Source: Syntrophobacterales bacterium
GTDB taxonomy: Bacteria > Desulfobacterota > Syntrophia > Syntrophales > CAMTWB01
Assembly (NCBI GenBank): GCA_037441775.1
Contig: JBBIRO010000011.1
Span: 1,708 to 65,707, forward strand
DNA length: 64,000 nucleotides
Direction: 5' to 3'
The notes under the pieces are model-generated. The model ran no database searches and was not told the origin of the DNA. It saw only the letters and a list, made by a program, of their open reading frames with translations. The position numbers were made by a program, and so were the translations under genes. Shown piece after piece: positions 58,925-64,000 of the stretch; within the stretch, counting starts at the first letter, position 1; each line of letters starts with the position of its first letter.

Positions 58925-59557
58925 TTGATTATGGGGTTTCCCGTGTCACATCGTTTCCCGCTTTTACTGGTTATTGCCGCCCTGGTCATCTGCGGTACTG
59001 GCTCAGCCCTGGCCAAAGGGAATATCTATCAATATATTGATGAATCAGGCGTAATCCATTTAACCAACGTCCCGTCGCGCAATGGCGTTCAATACACTTT
59101 GGTATGGCGAGAGAGGGTTCATATCGATCCCCGGATTGATGTGGCTCAGTATGATACGATAATTTCCAGCGCAGCCCGGAAATACAACATCGACAGGAAC
59201 CTGATCCAGGCGGTTATCAAAGCGGAGTCCAACTTCAACCCCAAAGCTGTCTCGCCCGTCGGCGCCCGGGGATTGATGCAACTTATGCCGGCCACCGCCG
59301 CGTCTCTCAATGTCTCGAATTCATTCCATCCAGAAAGCAATATCGAGGGCGGCGTAAGGTATCTGCGTTACCTCATGAATTTATTTCCGGGTGACTTGAA
59401 AATTGCGCTGGCGGCATATAACGCCGGCGAGGGCGCGGTGATGCGATACGGCAACAGGATACCGCCCTTCAAGGAAACGCAAACCTATGTCAAACGGGTT
59501 TTGGCCTTATACGACGCCTACAAGAGACAAAATGATTCGCTGGCCAGATACAACTGA
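58925..59557 (+). CDS. Lytic transglycosylase (SLT domain) with signal peptide
   Basis: AVIKAESNFNPKAVSPVGARGLMQLMPATA contains the catalytic Glu motif. Confidence 0.85.
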   Translation: MIMGFPVSHRFPLLLVIAALVICGTGSALAKGNIYQYIDESGVIHLTNVPSRNGVQYTLVWRERVHIDPRIDVAQYDTIISSAARKYNIDRNLIQAVIKAESNFNPKAVSPVGARGLMQLMPATAASLNVSNSFHPESNIEGGVRYLRYLMNLFPGDLKIALAAYNAGEGAVMRYGNRIPPFKETQTYVKRVLALYDAYKRQNDSLARYN

Positions 59558-60172
59558 TGAAGCAGATATTTTGTCCACATGGAAGTATTTTTTAAGGCTA
59601 TTGAACCGCTTTTCTTTGATCCCCTTGATTTCCTTTAATTCATCGAGTTTCCTCAGGCCGCCCCGCCCCTGCCTCAACCGAATTATTTGCTCAGCGGTCT
59701 TCTCGCCAATTTGGGGAATAAGCATCAGATCTTCCTTGGTGACCTGATTGATGTCCAGGGTCAAACCAAGCAGGAGCCTCTTGCTGGGCTTGATCATCCC
59801 CTTTTTTTCCAACAGGCCGTTTTCAAAGTGGTAATGATTCTCCTTTTCCAATATCTTTTGGAGACTTGCCTGGTTGGAAATATTCCGGATGTCGGCAGCG
59901 ATTGATAAATCCTGAAAAGTCGCCCCGGGAGGCAGAAAATAAATCCCCGGGGAGGGCGCATCGCCGCTAAGCTCAACAATAACATTTTCGATGTTAGTTT
60001 CATTATGGGGCAAAATGGCGCCGGGGGGTGGCCCCGGGGCAATCCTCTGGAAACCCCAAAAAATGACTGAGCACAGCAGAAAATAGGCCAGGCCGCGCGT
60101 CTGTCTAGGTGTTATTTTCACGGGTTTTCCTTTGGATAATACGATAATGGCGTGCTTTTGGCCAGGTCGCAT
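59507..60172 (-). CDS. ComEA-like helix-hairpin-helix DNA-binding protein
   Basis: N-terminal TM segment, SLBB-like middle region and tandem HhH motifs (LMLIPQIGEKTAEQII, LKEIKGIKEKRF). Its 3-prime end overlaps the convergent SLT gene by 51 nt. Confidence 0.7.
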   Translation of the reverse strand: MRPGQKHAIIVLSKGKPVKITPRQTRGLAYFLLCSVIFWGFQRIAPGPPPGAILPHNETNIENVIVELSGDAPSPGIYFLPPGATFQDLSIAADIRNISNQASLQKILEKENHYHFENGLLEKKGMIKPSKRLLLGLTLDINQVTKEDLMLIPQIGEKTAEQIIRLRQGRGGLRKLDELKEIKGIKEKRFNSLKKYFHVDKISASSVVSGQRIILSLVGVV

Positions 60173-60228
60173 TTATTAGCCACCTGCTCCCCTTACCCTA
60201 CCGATACCCAATGCTGCTGGCGCCTTGG

Positions 60229-61449
60229 TCAGGTCTTCCTATCCAAGCAAAAAGCCTGGTGCAGGACATTAACAGCCAGTTCCGTATATTTGGCCTCGAT
60301 TACACAGGATATCTTGATTTCTGAAGTGCTGATCATCATAATGTTAATGCCTTCCCTGGCGAGGGTGGCAAACATTTTGGCGGCGACACCGGAGTGACTC
60401 ACCATCCCCACCCCGATTATCGATATTTTAGCGACATTATCGTCAATTTCCACCCTCTCGGCTCCAATTTCGTTGACCACCTTTTCCACTATACGACGCG
60501 CCTCCTGCAAGTCTTTGCGGGAGACAGTGAAGGTCATGTCCGTATAACCAGCCCTGCTGGCGTTTTGTATAATCATATCCACCACGATATTATGCTCGGA
60601 AAGCGGGGTGAAAATGCGAGCGGCGACACCGGGCCTATCCGGTACGCTGACTACGGTAATCTTGGCCTGATCTCGATCATAGGTCACGCCTGAAAGGACT
60701 TCTTTTTCCATATCACAATCCTCCTTGGTCACCAGGGTGCCTCCCCCATCGGTGAAAGATGATTTAACATAAACGGGAACATTGTATTTCTTGGCAAGTT
60801 CAACGCTGCGCGGCTGCAAAACTTTGGCGCCGGCCCTGGCCATCTCAAGCATCTCGTCGTAGGAGATTCTGTCAAGGCGACGCGCTTTGATGCAAATATT
60901 CGGATCGGTGGTATAAACCCCATCCACATCGGTATATATTTCACAAACATCGGCTTTAAGTGCTGCTGCCAGGGCCACAGCGCTGGTATCAGAGCCGCCC
61001 CTTCCCAACGTGGTTATATTGTTTAGTTCGTCGATTCCCTGAAAGCCAGCCACCACGACAATAAAACCTCCGTCAAGCAGTTGGCATATTTTGTCTGTTT
61101 CTACAGCTAGTATTCGGGCCTTCTTAAAGGCTTGATCGGTCTTAACAGGCACCTGGAAGCCCAGTAAGGAGCGGGCAGCGTGGCCCATCCTGTTTAGTAC
61201 AATTGCAAGGAGGCTAATTGTCACCTGCTCGCCCATAGAAATAAGAGCGTCATACTCCCGGGGGTCGGGGTCATCGGCCGCGCTGGTGGCAAGCTGAATC
61301 AGCCGATCCGTTTCTCCCGCCATCGCTGAAAGAACTACTACGACGCCGTTCCCCTCCTCCTTGACCTTAACAACCTTGCGGGCGATGTTTTCTATCTTTC
61401 CCAGGTCAGCAACTGATGTCCCTCCGTACTTCTGGACGATTAATGCCAT
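60229..61449 (-). CDS. lysC: Aspartate kinase
   Basis: [13 protein letters not shown] start, kinase domain and two C-terminal ACT domains. Confidence 0.95.
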   Translation of the reverse strand: MALIVQKYGGTSVADLGKIENIARKVVKVKEEGNGVVVVLSAMAGETDRLIQLATSAADDPDPREYDALISMGEQVTISLLAIVLNRMGHAARSLLGFQVPVKTDQAFKKARILAVETDKICQLLDGGFIVVVAGFQGIDELNNITTLGRGGSDTSAVALAAALKADVCEIYTDVDGVYTTDPNICIKARRLDRISYDEMLEMARAGAKVLQPRSVELAKKYNVPVYVKSSFTDGGGTLVTKEDCDMEKEVLSGVTYDRDQAKITVVSVPDRPGVAARIFTPLSEHNIVVDMIIQNASRAGYTDMTFTVSRKDLQEARRIVEKVVNEIGAERVEIDDNVAKISIIGVGMVSHSGVAAKMFATLAREGINIMMISTSEIKISCVIEAKYTELAVNVLHQAFCLDRKT

Positions 61450-61936
61450 TAAAATGCTCCTCCTTGATTAACAAATTATAAATTTCTTCAATGATGATCG
61501 GTTCAGCTGACAGAATCAGTTCCCTGGTGCTGTCGGATTGGTAACAAATCGCGATATTGAGGGTAGGTTCCGGAAGTTCATCCCTGATTTTATCTGCCCA
61601 CTCGATAACCCAGACTCCCCGGCTGTCCCTGATTTCTTCGTAATTAAGATCCTCTAAATCTTCCACACCTCGGAGCCGGTAAGCATCCATGTGGAACAGT
61701 TGTATTGCCCCGGGGTATTCATTGATCAGCGTGAAGGTGGGGCTGGTGATTTCATATCTGCAATCTAGTCCCATACCCTGGGCAATACCTTTAGTCAGCC
61801 AGGTTTTCCCAGCTCCCAGCTCGCCCTGCAGGGCCACTGCCCAACCCGGCGTCAGGCACCTGCCAATAATAGCGCCGATCCGTATTGTAATTGCGGGAGA
61901 TGTTGAAATAATGCTGAGCCGGGATATTTTCGTCAT
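61406..61936 (-). CDS. tsaE: tRNA threonylcarbamoyladenosine biosynthesis ATPase TsaE
   Basis: [16 protein letters not shown]-loop and [10 protein letters not shown]. The 3-prime end overlaps the lysC start by 44 nt. Confidence 0.85.
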   Translation of the reverse strand: MTKISRLSIISTSPAITIRIGAIIGRCLTPGWAVALQGELGAGKTWLTKGIAQGMGLDCRYEITSPTFTLINEYPGAIQLFHMDAYRLRGVEDLEDLNYEEIRDSRGVWVIEWADKIRDELPEPTLNIAICYQSDSTRELILSAEPIIIEEIYNLLIKEEHFNGINRPEVRRDISC

Positions 61937-62009
61937 TGGCCTGGGTCTTCATCGGCAGAGGCAATCAGCACGTTTTAATAACATCGACACTGTGATCCCT
62001 ACAATCTCT

Positions 62010-62900
62010 TTAGGCCCTGGCAATGCTGTCGGCTACACGGGCTAATTTACTCATGGCAGCAACATCATGCACCCTGATAATCTGACTTCCATAAAGGATT
62101 GAGGCAGTCACCGCTGCTGCAGTGCCTTCAAAGCGTTCGTCCGGATGTTCATCAATGGCTGATCTGGTAAACGATTTTCTCGATACCCCAGTAAGCAGCG
62201 GCCGGCCAAGGGACTGGAAGAGTGACAGATTTTTGATGAGTTTCAGATTGTCCGCAGCCGTTTTGCCAAATCCCAAGCCGGGGTCCAGGATGATCTGTTC
62301 ATCCTGGATGCCCTCTTGGCGTGCAAAAAGCAACCTCCCCTGGAAGAAAGACCTTATTTCGGCAATTATATCGGTGTACAGCAGGTCTCCGGACTGCATG
62401 TCTTTGGGCGTTCCCCTCATGTGCATCATGACAAGAGCAGCTTTTGTTTCCGCAACTGTTTTTGACATCAGAGGATCAAACTTAAGGGCGCTGATGTCAT
62501 TGATGATCTCTGCCCCGGCAGCAATCGCCCTCCTGGCCACTCCCGACTTAGTGGTATCAACGGAAACCGGAACATCTATCTTGCCCGCCAGAGCTTCGAC
62601 AATCGGCATTACCCGTTTCAGCTCGTCCTCCAGCGGTATGGGAAGAGATCCCGGTCGGGTGGACTCCCCGCCGACATCTATTATATCAGCGCCCGCCTCC
62701 ACCATCCTCATGCCTTCAGTAACAGCCTCTTTTGCTGACCGGTATTTATTGCCGTCAAAAAAAGAATCGGGAGTAACATTGATAATCCCCATGATGATGG
62801 TGCGCTGTCCTACTTGGATTATCCTGTTGGGCGTTTTGATCAGCATATTCCCCATATGGCTTCCGCTGCAACTTAAAACATTGTTAATAAAATCGGTCAC
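62010..62900 (-). CDS. folP: Dihydropteroate synthase
   Basis: [15 protein letters not shown] and [10 protein letters not shown] motifs. The start overlaps the ftsH stop. An internal ATG start is also possible. Confidence 0.9.
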   Translation of the reverse strand: MTDFINNVLSCSGSHMGNMLIKTPNRIIQVGQRTIIMGIINVTPDSFFDGNKYRSAKEAVTEGMRMVEAGADIIDVGGESTRPGSLPIPLEDELKRVMPIVEALAGKIDVPVSVDTTKSGVARRAIAAGAEIINDISALKFDPLMSKTVAETKAALVMMHMRGTPKDMQSGDLLYTDIIAEIRSFFQGRLLFARQEGIQDEQIILDPGLGFGKTAADNLKLIKNLSLFQSLGRPLLTGVSRKSFTRSAIDEHPDERFEGTAAAVTASILYGSQIIRVHDVAAMSKLARVADSIARA

Positions 62901-64000
62901 TGCGGCAGCGGCCGTTGCGCGGCCTTGATATGTTCCACGCCAATGAGCTCATCGAGTTCGGCGGTGTTCAATACTTCTTTTTCCAGCAGTTCGCTGGCAA
63001 TTCTGTGTAGAGTTTCAATATGTTCTGAGATGATCTCCTTGGCCCTGCCATATCCATTGTCGATGAAGCGCGTAATTTCCACGTCGATCTGTTTGGCGGT
63101 ATCTTCACTGTAATCCTTATGAACCGAAAAATCCCGGCCCAGGAATATCTGCTCGTCCTTCCTGCCGTAACTTAGAGGCCCCAATGCATCACTCATGCCC
63201 CACTCGCAAACCATCTTTTTGGCCAATCCCGTCGCCCTTTCAATATCATTACCCGCGCCGGTGGTAAACTCGTTGAAGGCAATTTCTTCAGCGGCCCGGC
63301 CGCCCAGGAGGATTGAAATGGTGTTCAACAAATACTCCCGTGGATAGGTATGTTTTTCGTCCACCGGCAATTGCTGCGTCAGGCCCAGGGCGCGACCACG
63401 GGGAATAATTGTTACCTTGTGGATAGGATCTGTCCCGGGCAAAAGCCTTGCCACCAGGGCATGGCCGGACTCGTGATAGGCCGTGATTCTTCGTTCCTCT
63501 TCGCTTATCACCATTGTTTTTCTTTCCACGCCCATGAGAACCTTGTCCTTGGCATATTCAAAATCACTCATGGATACCTTGTCATTCCCTTTGCGCGCAG
63601 CATGGAGGATTGCTTCATTGACCAGATTCTCGATATCCGCGCCTGATGATCCGGGCGTGCCACGAGCAATGACGGCCAGATCAACGTCATCCGAGATGGT
63701 TGTTTTTTTTGCGTGAACCAGAAATATCTTTTCCCGGCCCCTTACATCAGGCAGTGGCACCACTACCTGACGATCAAATCGACCTGGCCTCAGAAGGGCT
63801 GGGTCCAGCACATCAGGCCTGTTGGTAGCCGAGACCAGAATAACTCCTTCGTTGGATTCGAAGCCATCCATTTCCACCAGAAGCTGATTCAGGGTCTGTT
63901 CTCTTTCATCATGCCCCCCGCCTAGTCCTGCGCCGCGGTGTCTGCCCACCGCATCAATCTCGTCGATAAATATGATGCAGGGGGCATTTTTTTTTGCCTG
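62897..64000 (-). CDS. ftsH: ATP-dependent zinc metalloprotease FtsH, C-terminal part (5-prime end lies outside the window)
   Basis: Frame is open to nt 64000 ([17 protein letters not shown]). SRH region and HESGHA zinc motif are present. Confidence 0.95.
   Translation of the reverse strand, partial: QAKKNAPCIIFIDEIDAVGRHRGAGLGGGHDEREQTLNQLLVEMDGFESNEGVILVSATNRPDVLDPALLRPGRFDRQVVVPLPDVRGREKIFLVHAKKTTISDDVDLAVIARGTPGSSGADIENLVNEAILHAARKGNDKVSMSDFEYAKDKVLMGVERKTMVISEEERRITAYHESGHALVARLLPGTDPIHKVTIIPRGRALGLTQQLPVDEKHTYPREYLLNTISILLGGRAAEEIAFNEFTTGAGNDIERATGLAKKMVCEWGMSDALGPLSYGRKDEQIFLGRDFSVHKDYSEDTAKQIDVEITRFIDNGYGRAKEIISEHIETLHRIASELLEKEVLNTAELDELIGVEHIKAAQRPLPQ

Noticed and set aside
59507-59557. 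The 51-nt convergent overlap of the SLT and ComEA-like genes considered as a sign of frameshift or misassembly.
   Set aside because: Both proteins are complete through their conserved domains. The overlap involves only non-conserved tails and needs no special explanation.

Overview
This looks like a chromosomal, mostly housekeeping window from an anaerobic, Desulfobacterota-like bacterium. The taxon is inferred from gene content only: rubredoxin/flavodiiron/rubrerythrin genes, indolepyruvate:ferredoxin oxidoreductase, an AbfD-like dehydratase and a lexA plus Y-family polymerase pair. In order, the window holds: the 3-prime end of an EF-G family gene; a GAF/sigma-54 activator; an ABC-F ATPase; a livKHMGF-type amino-acid ABC transporter; an AbfD-family dehydratase; an orphan family-5 solute-binding protein; a YihY-cNMP fusion protein; pyk; TraB and rhomboid proteases; a PAS-GGDEF cyclase; rlmI; manC with a SemiSWEET gene; maf; yggS; tatA; a seven-gene same-strand string (FrhB-like, iorA, iorB, flavodiiron protein, rubredoxin, rubrerythrin, methyltransferase); an SPFH protein; a thiolase; lexA with a Y-family polymerase; a string of tsaD, rsmA, 2-hydroxyacid dehydrogenase, hydrolase, GT4 and PIG-L deacetylase genes; nadB; ade; purB; an FG-GAP protein; five tRNAs; tig-clpP-clpX-lon; an SLT transglycosylase; a comEA-like gene; lysC; tsaE; folP; and the 3-prime part of ftsH. 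The main signal that ORFs do not explain is a dense family of short non-coding elements. They are bounded by an inverted ~20-nt motif (approximately TTGACGRCTTCGTAAAAAGTC and its complement) and carry interchangeable hairpin cores. They occupy almost every larger intergenic gap. They supply the stop codon or C-terminal tail of several genes. One copy sits in frame inside a lipoprotein signal peptide, and another separates lexA from a candidate SOS box. I do not recognise this family. All repeat calls were made by eye and need computational confirmation.
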